Positions 1 through 13,568 of a stretch of 64,000 nucleotides of DNA are shown piece by piece. The translations under genes were made by a program, and so were the position numbers. Source of the DNA: Gnetum montanum (Eukaryota; Plantae; Gnetophyta); assembly GCA_015680685.1 (NCBI GenBank), contig MNCI01000651.1, forward strand, positions 1,913,832 through 1,977,831. Reading direction: 5' to 3'. Positions within the stretch are counted from its first letter, which is position 1, and each line of letters starts with the position of its first letter. The notes under the pieces are model-generated. The model was given only the letters and a program-made list of their open reading frames with translations. It was not told where the DNA came from and ran no database searches.

Positions 1-241
1 GCTAGATACCCTAACCATGGTGGTAGTGTCAGATTGCCTCTAGGGCTTAAGTGGCATAGGAAGATAACCTAGATGATGTTACATTATATCATTCTTATTA
101 ATAAATTTTTTCTCTTTTCATCTTTCCTATTCCATGTACCATTCATTCATTTATTAAGTATTTTATGGTGTTTCTATTATATGTGATGAATTAAGTGATC
201 AACGAACATGTTCTTACAACATCCAAGAATTGGATGTCATA
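1..241 (+). mobile_element. 3' part of a degenerate LTR related to the 574-bp LTR family (11034/15871)
   Basis: catggtggtagtgtcagattgcctctaggg resembles 11341-11370 and 16179-16208; ends catccaagaattggatgtcat, like catccaaggatgggatgtcaca. The following 242-769 and 10847-~10900 are probably its internal region, split by the Athila insertion. Confidence 0.55.
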
Positions 242-769
242 AATAGGATCGATAAGAAGATATCTGATAGAGATGGAGGTATTTTCCCCATGTAGTGTTG
301 TTTATTTTTACATTTTTTCTTCATTCACCTAGAGCCTAGATGTAAGGTCTTACAGCAAGAGCATTAATTCCAGATGAATACTAGGATTTGACAAAACTGT
401 AAGCTTACTCAAAATGGGATTGTGAGAGGATAAAAATGGTTGTGGTGGTATAATGGCTAGCATGGAAATTTGTGGTATGCTATACTAGGATACATGCTAC
501 ATAGGTGGAGAAAATGGTAATAATGCTTGTGCTAATTGACCTTGTGGCTTATGTGATATTGGTTCAAAAAGTTTTAACATTAAATTGGAATTTGAAAGAT
601 GGGATGATGGATTAATAGCATTGGTTTTTGAAAAGAGAGTACATGTGGATGGCATGCTAGTTACTGGTGAAATTATGATAGCAAGATTAATTGAAGTGAA
701 TAGTAAGACATAAATGTTATATGATTTAGGAACTGAAAAAGGATTTAAGGAGCTAACAAGGTTCACATG

Positions 770-1624
770 TGATGAGCAGTGAGGTACCCCTATACCAAAC
801 CATATGAAGCATAGGCATTCACATGTGATCCAGTTGAATTCTGCAAACTTTAATTACCAAGTATGCTAGAGCTAAGTAGTGAGTTCGTGTTGTCTGTTTG
901 TTGTCTTCCTAGTCTCACTTGTGAAATGCAAGTATATGATTAAGTGTGACTAAGGCATAAAATTTTTATTATTTTTTGTTTTATCAATTGATTGCCTAAA
1001 ACAAGAATAAAAGTGAGAGTAACTAAGTGCTAAGTAAACTAATATCTAATCTAGCCTAATACAAGTAACCATCCCTTCTTCCTGAACACATCCTGAACTT
1101 CATGTAAACACTGTTGGGTTGACAAACTCTAATTGTTTCTAAGCTACCAAGTGTCACAAGTATGTTCAAAGGGGTTGTGCTTGTGTATTTTAATCAGTTG
1201 CTTAATTAATCAAAATTAATTGCTGAATGAATAACATTAATGTAAATTGCATGAAATCATAATATGTAAATGCATAAAGAAAGAAAGTCTCAAGTGCTGC
1301 AAGGATGAATCAAAGATCTCATCTTTATTGCCAACACAATGGTGTGTCTAGGTACATCAATGCTTAAATAAAGATTTGATCACACTTAGATCTCCTATTG
1401 AAAGCACTTGGAAAATATTTTAACTCTCAAATGAACAAACTACAAGAGTTTTTCTACTTGACTACCAAAAACTACTTCCAATTGTTTGCTTGAGGGTTGT
1501 ATTTATGGACTTGGAGGTAACCCTATGATATCGAATGCTCAATATTGCATCTTGAGCCATGATATCGCGTACCCAAAATCATGATTGCTCCAATATTGAA
1601 GCTTAAGTAAAACATGATTCATCA
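770..1624 (-). repeat. 3' LTR of A1
   Basis: Direct repeat of 9987-10841 with TG...CA ends; adjacent tacccccacaactaaa is the minus-strand PPT (tttagttgtgggggta). Confidence 0.93.
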
Positions 1625-3654
1625 TACCCCCACAACTAAATGAAAACTTGTCCTTGAGTACAAGAGGAACAAGTCCCTTACAAAATATATTAGGAGGAAT
1701 GGAATGTTTGACTAAGATGTAGAGTGACATAGAGAAAATAGAAAAATACAGAAGTACCCTAGCATATTACAATTGTGTACAAAATTGGATGTTCATAACA
1801 ATAGGAGAGAACACCCTCAGATCCAATAGACATCCAACCCCTTTTAGCAACAAAAGAATGAGGGAGAGGTAGTAGAGAGCTAGCAGGCAAGGATGATTTC
1901 TTGTGAGTGATATTGTTGCATCCTCCTTGGTGAAGATAGTCTCACTTCTAGTCCATGCTCCCCACTACAATCACAACAAAATCACGGATTAGTATATAAA
2001 GTGTAACACATAGCAGCTAAATACCTTGTTTTGTTAGTGATTTTATCTAGCCAAGATGTGATTGTGATAGATTAGTTGCTTAATAATATTAGTGGGAAGA
2101 CTGACGAATGGGTTAAGTAAGAGAAGCAACCTATAAAATTTAGAAAAATCTTAATGCAAGAAATACTAGAAAGATGGTATAGAAATTCACAACAATAAAA
2201 AAAAGGAATTCACTAAAAATAGTTGTGAAGATGTGTATAGTTGGATGGCATTGGTGGGGTTAATACAAATAATTTGATTGTAAAAATGTCTAAGGTTAAA
2301 GAACTTAACTTAAAAAAATCAAAAGATATGAAAGTGGGTCCTCCCCAAAGTAGGAATAGGCCTTTTATGTCATTGCATAACTTCAAACCAAGGATTTCGT
2401 GGGCACCATGGATGATTAATGTTTATGGAAAGTTAAGTACAAAAAACCCATAAGTAATTGATTGCGAAACCCAACACATCAAACTAGAACATTGAATCAA
2501 GACATGAAACTAGTAGTGAGGTGAGGCATGAAATGCATAGATTGAAGAGAGAGAGAATGGAATGGAGTTCCTCATTATGGTCACTTGAAGTTCCTTGTGG
2601 AGTTCATGATTAAGTCACTTGGTAGTATATGTCCTTAGTCCAAACCAAAATCAAAATGACTTCTTATCAACATTCTAAGACTAGTCCATCCCCTAAGACA
2701 CAATAATGCTTTCACAAAACAACCATCCTTCCAAATTGGAGAGAAGGTAGGAAGTAAGAAAGGGCCTTAGTTAGAGGAGATAAGAAAAGTCCCATAACTA
2801 GTGCTTGTAGCCCTTTTATTTGGTCTAATGGGTGTGCTTTGAATTCCCATATTTTTTTTGAATGGAAACCACACCCTTGAAATACCCATGCATTTTTGCA
2901 TTTATTTTGTCCAAGGGGTGTGCTTTGAATCCTCATATTTTCTTCTTATTTTGTTTAATGAGGATCACAACATGCAAGGACTTATTTGACTTCTTGTTGT
3001 GGAATGACATAGAATAGTGAGAAGCTCATGAGAATACTCCTGCACACAAGAAAATGGAAAAGCATGAAGAATCTTGCATCCCTTTGAAGCCACACCATGT
3101 CCAAACCTTTTATTCCTTTCCAATTCTAGAAACTACACAAGTTGTCAATTTATTAAGGTTGCATTAATGAAAAAGGGACTACACATTTCCAAAACAAGGA
3201 AAATCATAGACTACATGGATGGGTGGATGATGTGGACTTGCTGCCTATTACATGAAAAGAAACCATGTCCTAGTCATCAGTAACGATATTCAAAGTTAGA
3301 AACTAGACATCAACAAGTGAATCACAAATGAAGCATACATCATCGAATAGCACATTACCATTGTACCTAATACCTTATTAGCAAAAAGAGTAGAGAATCA
3401 CACCAACACAAGAGAATATAAAAGAAAGTAAAAGAGTATTCAAAAAATATTAAATATACTAATGATGGTGTAAAACAAAAACTTAGAAAATATCAATAAC
3501 CTGAAAAACAAAAAGATGTAAAACAAAGAATATGAAAACAAAATGTTGTAAAACAAAAAATGTATAAAAAAAAAAAAATCAAAAGACTGAGGAGCTACAT
3601 AAAGCATTATTATGGGTGGCCATCTCCCCCATGACTAAGTTGGAAGGGGAAAAT

Positions 3655-6600
3655 CTAAAATATTGAGCATGGTTGTCCATCTGGCAAGATGTTTGTTGCA
3701 TTGGTTGACTTGGGCTCATGGAAAGGTTTTAGTTGTTGGGTGTTGACTAATTGTTTCTTATCTAGGCTGTCAAGTTTATAGATAATCATGGCCCTAGATG
3801 GAAAAGTCTCATCAATAATGTAAGGTCCTTCCCACAACATTTGAAATTTGGTTTGTTGAGGTACATGTGTCGGATTCCAGTAGAGGACCTTGTCTCCTGG
3901 TTAAAACTTGACTTTTCTTATTTTGAGGTCATGGAATTTCTTGTTGAATGTCTTATGAATTTCATTGGATGATAGGGCTATTAACAAATTTTTATCTAGC
4001 AATTTGAGGTTCATTAATCATTATTTTTGTGCTAGACTTAGATCCAGGTCAAGGTCACTAGCTATTAGACAGTGAATGGAGCTCCGATTGGATGGGCAGT
4101 GTTGGTAGCTTTCCATACATGAGCTCATAGGAAGAATAATTGATGGAAATATTTCATGTGGAGTGATAGGCCCAAAGGGAATTATTTAATTTAGTACTCT
4201 AGTCCCTTCGGTATTTTCTAATAGTACACGTTAGAATTTTGTAATCTCCCGATTAGTGATCTCAGCTTGACCATTGGCTTGAGGGTGATAAGGTGTTATG
4301 AGTTTGTGCTTAACCCCCAAGTGCTGCATAAGTTTTTAGAAAGTGGAACCTATAAAATGAGTTCCATTGTTAGAAATTAATGCATGAGGCACACCAAATC
4401 TATGTATGATATTCTATTGTACAAACCGAGTAGTAGTAGTGGATGTATAGTCAGTGACAACTACTGCTTCTACCCACTTAGTTCAATAGTCAACTATGAC
4501 TATTATATATGCCTTTCCATTTAACAAAGGTGTAATGGGACCCATAAAGTCAATGCCCCAAATATCAAATGGCTCAAGAGACTAAATCCATTGCTATGAC
4601 CCATTAATTTGAGTTGTCATCCCACCATCCCTCTGACAATGATCACAAGCACAGATGAATTGGTGTGCATCCCTGAAGATTGTTGGTTAGTAATATCATA
4701 CCATGAGGATTTTTATGGTTGTGCATCTCCTAGCATGTTGGCCCCCACAAGGGCCTTTTTGAGCATCCTAGAGAACATGCAGTTGATTTGGTTAGGGACA
4801 CACTAGTGTACCAGGCCATCAGGACATACTTTGTAAAAGTTCCTATTGATTTCCATGAAATGCTTGACCTCGTGAAGAAACTATTATTTCATTTTGATGT
4901 CCAGCCCTTACAACAATTCTTAATTAACTAGATAAGTGAAGATGGTGTCATACCATTTTCATTCATTAGACATTTATGCATTAATGACCCCTACAAGGAG
5001 AGATTCATTAGGGAACTAATTAGATAAGGGGCTTTCTTTCTCCTTGTCATCCCATCTTAGTTGTGATAAGTGGTCAGCAACCGCATTTTTCACACCTTTT
5101 TAATCTATCATTGTGAGATTGAACTCTTGCAAAATAATAAGCCACCATATGACACAGGGGATCACCATTGGTTTATTCATTAGAAACTAGATGGTTCTAT
5201 GATCTATATGCATGAACACTTTATAATCAAACACATAGTGCCTAAAAGTTTCTAATGCAAAGACCACCATCATCAACTCCTTTTCCATGGTGGTGTAGTT
5301 TAGCTATGCACTTGCAATACTTTAGCTTATGTAGTGAATGTAATATGGACATTTTTGATCATCCAACTACATAAGCACTACCTCCAAAGCATAATTTGAT
5401 GCATCAGTCATCACATGAAATGGCATGGATGAATCAAGTGCTTGTAGAATTGGGGTTTCAACAAGCTTTTGCTTCAGTTGCTAAAATGTTTTTTCACATG
5501 CAAGGATCTATACAAATGATGCATCTTTCTTTCTTAGTTCAACCAACAACTTGGTGATTTTGGAGAAATTCTCGATGAAGCACCAGTAGTAGCTAGTATA
5601 ACCAAGGAATGACCACACATCTTTAACTATTTCTAATTGATGGGTTATTCCTTGGATGACTCTTATTTTTTCAAGGTCCACCTCGATTCCTACTTCTGAG
5701 ATATGGTGACCCAAGACTATGCCTTTCTAGATCATAAGATGGCTCCTTTTCCAATTAAGTTGGAGGTCTATTTTGACACATATCCTCAACACCTACTCAA
5801 GATGGTCCAGGGCTTACTTAAATGTAGCTCTATACATAGAAAAGTCATCCATGAAGACTTCTAACCCACTACCAATTTTTTGTTAGAAAATGCTAAGGAC
5901 TAATCATTGGATTGTGGCTGGGGCATTACATAGACTGAATAGCATTTGATAGTAAGCAAAAGTTCCCCAAGGACTTGTGAAAAGTTTTCTTCTCCTAGTC
6001 CTCTAGTATAATTCAGATTTGGTTATAGCCACTATAACCATCTAGAAAGCTATAATAGCTATGCCCAAAAATGGTGTCCAACACTTGGTCAACAAAAGAC
6101 AATGAAAAATGATCTTTTAAAGTTACCATATTAAGTAGTCGGAAGTCAATGCACATCCACCATTTGCCTTCTTTCTTGGGTACAATAATGAGTGGACTAA
6201 CCCACTCACTATCTACAAGAGGGTAGATGAATCCTACCTTGAATAGTTTTTCAAACTTCTCTTTGATAATCTACTTTAATTTGGGATTCAAACACTACTG
6301 CGGTTGTCATTTCATCTTAATGGTGGGGTTAGTATATATTTGGTGCTAGCAAATTCTTAGATCTATTCCAATGAGCTTGGAATATGACCAGGAAAAGGCT
6401 GTTGACCATTTTTCCACAACCTTCATCAACATCTTCTTTTGTTCTACAGCAAGGTTGGCATTATTAATGACTAGCCTTCCATTTTATAAGAACACATACT
6501 TCATCTTGGTTGATAGTGCCTTTAATTCAAGGGGTTATTTAAAATTATTAGGAATCTCCAACTCTTTCCAATTGATATAAGCATTTACTCCCTTGGAGAG

Positions 6601-7314
6601 TTGGTGATGAACTTTCTTGAGTTCATCCAGACTTGCAATGTATTTACACATTAGGTCCTCAGTAGGTTCCATGCATAATGTATTGCTACTAGAATCAGCT
6701 ATCAGCCACTGGGTGCCTTCTTGTTTTGTGGTGGCCATGTACAAACATCTTTGGATTTCAGCTTCTAGTGCACACTACTTGCATGTAGAGATAGATGTTC
6801 ACTTTACTAATTATAACTTATGCATACAATGGCACCCTAAATTATTGTACGCAATACATGGAACCCTCTTCTTCTCAATTTTTACAAATTCATTTTCTTT
6901 AGATATTTCTAAGGAAAGATCTCTAATGCCCATTTTGGCATCAATGGTGCTTAACCACACTCTTCCCATAATAATTAGGAAGTCCCCCTTTCAGTTCTTC
7001 ACCTTGATTACTAGGAAGTCAATAGGATATGACCACCCACAAATAGTGGTTATAATGTTCTCTACCAATCCCAATGAAGTAGTGATAGACTAGTCTGCCA
7101 ATTCTAGTCAAATGTTGCTCTTCTTCAAGGGAGGAAGGTTCCACTTCATGTACATCTCATGCAAGATCAAATTAACACCAAAACTAGAGTTAATAAGAGC
7201 TTTACAAGGCTCATTCCTAGCAAGTTGCAAATATAATAGGGGACTCTCGAGATTAGCTAACTTCTTGGATAGGTTACTAGCTTGAATCCAATTAGATACA
7301 ACATGGGTCAACAT
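3655..7314 (-). pseudogene. pol: pol (protease, RT, RNase H, integrase) of A1, with many stops and frameshifts
   Basis: Minus-strand motifs CIDFRLLN, FLDGYSGYNQI, FMDDFS, GHHISEVGIEVD, DASNYAL, YTTMEKEL, FDIWGIDFMGP, PYHPQANGQAE, WEGPYII. Confidence 0.92.
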
Positions 7315-7399
7315 TACAATATGGATTCAAGAGGGATTTTGGGTTGAAGGGGACTTGAATAAAAGTGATACTGAGGATGGTGGAGTAGCAGGGTTATCA

Positions 7400-9770
7400 A
7401 CCATTGATGTATCTGAGGGCTTTGGTGAACTGCAAGGTCAAAATAACGATCTTTTCTTTGATTGTGATTTTGACCTACTTGGTTGGTTAACCAATTGCAG
7501 ATTAATCACCCTCATAGCATTTCTTTTCTATGGTTGGGTAGGTAAGTCATCATACATGGATGGAGTAGGTGGTAGCTATGTAGGAGACAAAGGAGTTGGT
7601 GCAGGAACAAGAGGAGCATAAGGATAGTAGGTGGCATCCCTCCTTGGATATGGTAGTTGGTATACTTCAGGAGGGTAGTGGTGAGGTTGGTAAGAAACAA
7701 CATAACTAGAGGAGTCTTGTGGAGATGAAGGTTACTAAAAATAATAACCATAAGGATTTGGTTTCTAGTAAGGGTACTGCTATCTTGGAGGTGCCAACAC
7801 CCACAATTGTGGTTACTGCCACTACTAGTACAATTCGTAGGGTTGAAATGGAGTTCCACTTGGATAGTACTGTTGTGGTTGGTGGAACTGTTGAGGATTG
7901 CCTTGTGAATAATTTAATCTTTTGGGTGTTTGCCTTTGTGCAAGTTGTGGATGTAAGACATACACCCCAGTTCCTACAAGTGTGACACAATTAGATAACA
8001 TCCCTTGGGATGTTCATACTAGTAGACGTCACACGTGCCATCATCCTCTAAGTCACTATTCACAACCATCTCTATCACAACCATCTTACCCTTACCCTTG
8101 GATATGGCATGTTCAACTTCCTTATGTCTCCAGCACTCATGCTCACCACTTTTCTTCTTGGACTCTTCAACAATTTTTAAGACAACTTGAAACTTATTAT
8201 CCATAAAGTTCCACAATTGGTCAATCTCAGCTATGATTTCATATTGCAATTTCTAGAGTGGCAAGGTTTTCTGATTAGCCACCTCATCTTTGGTTAACTC
8301 ATTCTCATTGTCATAAAATCAAACCCCCATTTTGTAGATAGAAGGAACCTTGTTGTATTCCTCTACACTTTCTCACTTGCTTAATTCTTCCTCCTCCCTA
8401 GCTACCTAATCAATTAACTTTTGGATCTATTGGATGCTTAATTCTATCAATCTCCCTTGAGCATATACGCTAAGGGTTTTCATTGTTTCAAACCACAACT
8501 TATCTATAAAATGGCAAAGTTGATCAAGCTGAGAGTATCCATGGCCAGGACACCTATGCAACAAAGAATAGTATCAGGCAATAGCAGAATCCAAGGGCTC
8601 ATGGTTTTCATGTTTCCATCCTTGGATCTACTTCCTTAGATTGGACACTTGGGAGTACATTTAATATTTGTCATTGAACAATTCCAACATCATACTCCAC
8701 TAGCTGATTGATTCTATCTTGAAGGATCAGTACCAATTTTTTGCTTCCTTAATGAGTTTCCTTGGAAATAATTTCAACTTCTGCTAGTTATTTTCAATTT
8801 TTTTCAAGGAACATGCATCTTGGAAGGCTTGGAGATGATTTTACGGATTAGCATTGTAGCCTCCCTCAAGCCATGGGATGTTGTTCATGTCTAGCCTCTT
8901 TATTCTGCTATCCTTTACATGCCTTGTTGGAATCCTCATAGCCTTTGCAATGTTTAACATGCTCCTAGTGGCAAGTAGAGGTTCATCAAGGCCATGGTAC
9001 CTATGATGTTCTCTACTAACCTTTCTTTCATCGTGGTGGGTCTCTTTGGATTGCCCACACCTCTAGTCACAACTATCCTAATAGCCCCTTTTGTTGTTCT
9101 GGTACCATCGGTCACCTCCATCATGGTCATGTCCTCTTTGGTTATGATTTGAGATAGATGAAGAAGAAAAAGAAGATGATGAAAGGATGAGGAAGGAGAA
9201 CTTGCATCGCATCGACACCTATCACCCTTCGTTCGATGATTGTGACCATGATTATGATCATGATCACCTTTTTTCCCTTATCATGACTTGTCCCTGTAGA
9301 TCCATTTTTGACATTAGATCCATTCTAACTAGAATCAAAATTATGAATTGTGGATTTCATGTTCTGGGTGAGGGCCCCTTAAAAAACGTCAAAGAGAGGA
9401 GTATCACCAAAGGAAAAGCCCCCAATGAAGTGCTTGCCTCCATCTAATGGACCAAGTAGAGGTGGAAAAGTGTTTAACCCCTTGCCCTTCACAATCTCGT
9501 GTTGGCACTCCTGCTGATGATCCCTTAACTTTTGTGCTTTAGTGGGATGATAATCCCTTGAATCAGGATCTTGCATCTCATACTCCTTGTGAAGATGTTA
9601 AAGTTCATGTTGTGCAAGCATTAGCTGGAGCATCACTAGAATAGATCGATCAGGTGGCAACACAATGTTGCCTTCCATGTGGCACCACCAGAGCATTTCA
9701 TCTTAATGTAAGATGAAGGTGAAGTCTGATACATACTCATTAGGATGAGCATATACCACTCAGTATTGCT
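7400..9770 (-). pseudogene. gag: gag of A1 with N-terminal extension, low-complexity spacer, capsid region and Cys/His knuckle
   Basis: Minus-strand LQAFQDAC...KLKLF capsid-like segment (~8700-8840) and CDVxxYEHPKGC knuckle (~8000-8040); homologous to the same regions in A2 and A3. Confidence 0.7.
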
Positions 9771-9967
9771 AAGGCACCTAGTCTACCCTAGGTAGAGAAA
9801 GGCTCCTATGAAAAGAAGACATTTTATGTTATGAATTTATATGTTGTATCTAGTTAAGATTCAATTTAATTATAATAATGATTTTTTTTGAAAGATTTGA
9901 CTCTTAGGGTTTGAATAATGAGGTTACTAAGTTTCACTTGGTTTAGATAGTGCACATAGAACTAAAT

Positions 9968-9986
9968 TCCTTAGCAGCAATGCCAA
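9968..9986 (-). other. Primer-binding site, tRNA-Asp type (degenerate)
   Basis: Minus strand ttggcattgctgctaagga vs Athila consensus TGGCGCCGTTGCCGGGGA, differing by transitions; directly abuts the LTR. Confidence 0.75.
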
Positions 9987-10841
9987 TGATGAGCAGCTAG
10001 GTACCCCTACACCCAACCATACAAATCATAGGTGTTCACGTGTGATCTAGTTGAATTCTACATACTTTAATTACCAAGTATTCTAGAGCTAAATAGTGAG
10101 TTCTTGTTGTCTATTCATTGTCTTCCCAGTCTCACTTGTGAAATGCAAGTGTATGATTAAGTGCGACTGAGGCATAATATTTTTATTATTTTGTGTTTTA
10201 TCAATTGATTACCTAAAACAAGAATAAAAGTGAGAGTAACTAAGTGCTAAGTAAACTATTGTCTAATCTAGCCTAACACAAGTAACTGTCCCCACTTCTC
10301 GAACACATTCTGAACTTCACGTAAACACTATTAGGTTGTCAAATACTAATCATTTCTCAGCTACCAAGTGTCACATGTATGTTCGAATGGGCTATGCTTA
10401 TGTATTTTTATCAGTTTCTTAATTAATCAAAATTAATTACTAAATGTATAACATTAATGTAAATTGCATGAAATCACAATATGTAAATGCATAAAGAAAG
10501 AAATTCTCAAGTGCTACAAGGATGAATCAAAGAGCTTATCTTTATTGTGAACATAATGGTGTGTCCAGGTACATCAATTCTTGAATAACGATCCAATCAC
10601 ACTTAGACCTCCTACTGTAGGCACTTGGAAAATATTCTAGCTCTCAAATGAATAAACTACAAAAGTTTCGCTACTTGACTACCAAAAACTACTCCCAATT
10701 GTGTGTCTGAGGACTGTATTTATAGACCCAAGGGTAACCCTACAATATCGAATGCTTGATATTGCATCTTGGGTCATGATATCGCATACCTGATATCATG
10801 GCCACTCTGATATCAAAGCTTAAGTAAAACATGATTCATCA
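9987..10841 (-). repeat. 5' LTR of A1
   Basis: Direct repeat of 770-1624; followed by TSD ACATG. Confidence 0.93.
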
Positions 10842-11033
10842 ACATGCTATGTGATGAGGATGTTTGGTAGATGAAAAGGATCTAAAAAAGAGTAACATGA
10901 GGTGGCTCCTCATTAACACCATCATGAACACTAATATTTCCACTTTTCTTGCATGATTGATCATGGAACTAGAAATTCCAGTGACTAACATTTATGTTGG
11001 GGTTCCTAATGAGATGTTTCCTAATACCAGTTG

Positions 11034-11607
11034 TGTCACATACCCATTCCCAAATAATGTTGTTGCTTAATGAAGATGGTGTCTCTTCATAACAAGTGTT
11101 ATTTTCATCTTAAAAAGACCTAAAAGGGTATTTGTAATTAAGATCCAAAAAGGAATGTTGTAAAAATGGATGTGTCTATGAAGGTAACCTTTGAGGATTG
11201 GACCTAAGTTATTTATACCTGGGTTAGAGGTCATGCTAGGCATGAAGTGGAAAATCCAGTATAAGTAAGTCACAGGAAGTTGAGTGAAGCAAGATAGGAA
11301 GTGAACTAGCCATTTATTCAAGTGAGGTTATAGGCCTAAATATGGTGGTAGTGCTAGATTTCCTCTAATGGATAGATGCCCAAGGAATAAAACCCCAAGG
11401 AACACTCTCTGAGCAGAATTCGGATATGCTATTCCATATCAATAAAGCATTTTTTTCTTTTTCTTTATGCATTTTTCTTATTATTTATTTATACATAATG
11501 TCAAATATCACATATATTTTGCGTTTGGTAGATTTTCTTCATACACATAATGCCTAATATATTCTATATTTGATGTTTCCCATGACATCCAAGGATGGGA
11601 TGTCACA
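11034..11607 (+). repeat. 5' LTR (574 bp)
   Basis: Colinear with 15871-16444; differences mostly transitions. Confidence 0.9.
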
Positions 11608-12839
11608 ATTAGTATAGGAGCAAACCATGATCCAAGGGCATTCAAAACCATGGACCAACTACAACATGAACCTAATGATGAACTTGGAAGCCACAACAGA
11701 AGGAAAGCCATTGATCATCACTTGATACACCATATGTCTGTGATGTAAGTTAGAAGATACCTTTCCATTGATTTCATGAAAAGGGAATCAGACATCTAGA
11801 TCCCAACAACCAATAAAATTCTTTCATGCATATCATTAACTGATGAAGATTTGATCACACCTCATGAAGATTCATCAATTACAAGAGATGTTGGTTAGAT
11901 AATGATACACTAGTCCAAGTGACTCTTACCCATCTTAATACTATAATTATTAATTGACTAGGATTATTATTAAATTTCTTTCTAGAAAGTTAGTAACCAT
12001 GTCTTGAATTGAGCTTGTTTTGTTGAAATTCACTATCCAAGTAATCTAAAAGATTTCAAGTACCATATGTCAACCTAGAAATGTTAGTTCAACAAAATAG
12101 GCTAGTTTCTTCCTTTTAATTTATGAAAAATTAACTTCATTTTTAACCTAAAACTATGTCCAATGCATTATACTCATCGACACGATTCCAATGGTATAGG
12201 TTTCATCTTGATCAAACTTATGGTTTAGAAGATATTAATGTTCAAATTTTCTCATTATATATGCATTAAAATAATATCAAATTATTATTATCATTATTAT
12301 TATTATTATAAAAATCAAAATTTTATGGTTAGGAATCAACTCAGAGTCAACATTTACCCATATCAAACCCTTACTTTCTTATCAGCTAAACCACCATGTC
12401 AATCATTAAGGCAAGATTAATTAAAAAAAAATAAAAAAAAATTATAGGCTACACTAGCCAATAGGAGTCATGGAGGCCTTGACCATGCAAGGGCCATGCA
12501 TGTCCAATAGGAGCTACATAGTCCCTACAGGCTACATAGGGCCTACGAGGGCCACCATAGCACGCAGCTTGTTCTAGCCATGCCCATTAGCAAAAACCCC
12601 TGCCTTTACCTCCAACTACCCAGACTATTGTTTTTGCCACTGCTATTGCTCTCCTATCACACCTGCTACTTAGCATCATGTCACCCTACAACTGCAACCA
12701 TCACCCTAAAGCATTGATGTTGCTATGCCCTGGATCGCACTCTATTGCCTGCAAAATCCACACCTGCAATCCATAGAAATCCTTGCTATCTTTTTCATAG
12801 TCATCATTGACTACACCACTACTACCCATCGATGCCATG

Positions 12840-13035
12840 AATAATCACCTCCCATACCACTAAAATCCACCTACAACATCATCAAAAATTGCCTCTAGCA
12901 CTGTTAATAACCACCTCCAACACTGTCAAAAACCATCTTCAACACCATCAATAACTACCTTCAACACCATCAATAACTACCTCTAGCACTGCCAAAAACC
13001 ACCTCTCCAAACACTGCAACTAACTGCCTCTCCAC
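12840..13035. repeat. Degenerate 22-bp tandem repeat
   Basis: Unit ataactaccttcaacaccatca; copies start at 12951 and 12973, with several more flanking. Confidence 0.8.
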
Positions 13036-13039
13036 TAAA

Positions 13040-13290
13040 AGTCACGCAAGCCCTGAGATATTTTGTGCTAGCCTAGTGATGAGCTATGCAAGCCCTAAAA
13101 TGAGCTATGTAGGCCCAGTGATGGGTTGTGCAAGCCCTAAAATGGATCGAGCTAGCCTAGTGGTGGGCTTCGTAGGCCTTGTCAAGGGCCATGTGGACCC
13201 CGAGATGGGCTATGCTAGCCCAAAGGAGGGCTACATGGATCTCAAAATGCACTGCATTGGCCTAGAGAAGGGCCATGTGGATCATAAAAT
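13040..13290. repeat. Degenerate 21-bp tandem repeat
   Basis: gagctatgcaagccctaaaat / gagctatgtaggcccagtgat / gggttgtgcaagccctaaaat ..., about 10-12 units; explains ORF 13076-13384. Confidence 0.8.
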
Positions 13291-13500
13291 GGTAGTCACC
13301 TACGTAATGAAAATTTTTCATCATCAAACGAAAAATTTGAATTTCCTAACAATTGATGAGAATTTTAGAATTCTTGTCAACTAAAGGAAAAATTTTAAAA
13401 TTTTTCATCATTAATTGTTAATTTAAATTAAAAATGCACACAAATATTTTTGAAAATTCAAAATTGGCACCTTGGTAAAAAAGAAGATAAAAATGTTGTC

Positions 13501-13568
13501 ATTAAGCATGCCTGTTTTGGAGTAGAACTAGGATGGATGACCTCTAGGGAAGTCTCATTTTTCACACC
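13501..13568 (+). pseudogene. 5S rRNA-derived fragment (3' half: A-box, intermediate element, C-box)
   Basis: attaagcatgcctgttttggagtagaactaggatggatgacctctagggaagtctcatttttcacacc aligns to plant 5S GTTAAGCGTGCTTGGGCGAGAGTAGTACTAGGATGGGTGACCTCCTGGGAAGTCCTCGTGTTGCATCC; the 5' half is absent. Confidence 0.8.

Larger units (their letters stand above)
770..10841 (-). mobile_element. Full-length degenerate Ty3/gypsy LTR retrotransposon, Athila-like (element A1)
   Basis: Two 855-bp direct repeats TGATGAGC...TTCATCA (770-1624, 9987-10841); identical 5-bp TSD ACATG (765-769, 10842-10846); tRNA-Asp-type PBS and PPT on the minus strand; gag-PR-RT-RH-IN order on the minus strand. Confidence 0.95.

Noticed and set aside
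7706-7990. Hydrophobic ORFs on both strands (also 37061-37279, 61123-61332, 62314-62842, 38366-38644) resembling membrane proteins
   Set aside because: Alternative-frame or antisense readings of low-complexity gag; stop-free stretches are not consistent between copies.
12281-12310. (TAT)n microsatellite; also (AAT)n near 42430
   Set aside because: Ordinary short simple repeats.
13076-13384. 102-aa ORF with heptad-like repeats
   Set aside because: By-product of the 21-bp tandem array; no protein-family signal.
13501-13568. Functional 5S rRNA gene or Cassandra element
   Set aside because: 5' half missing, single copy, no paired Cassandra LTRs, PBS or PPT around it.
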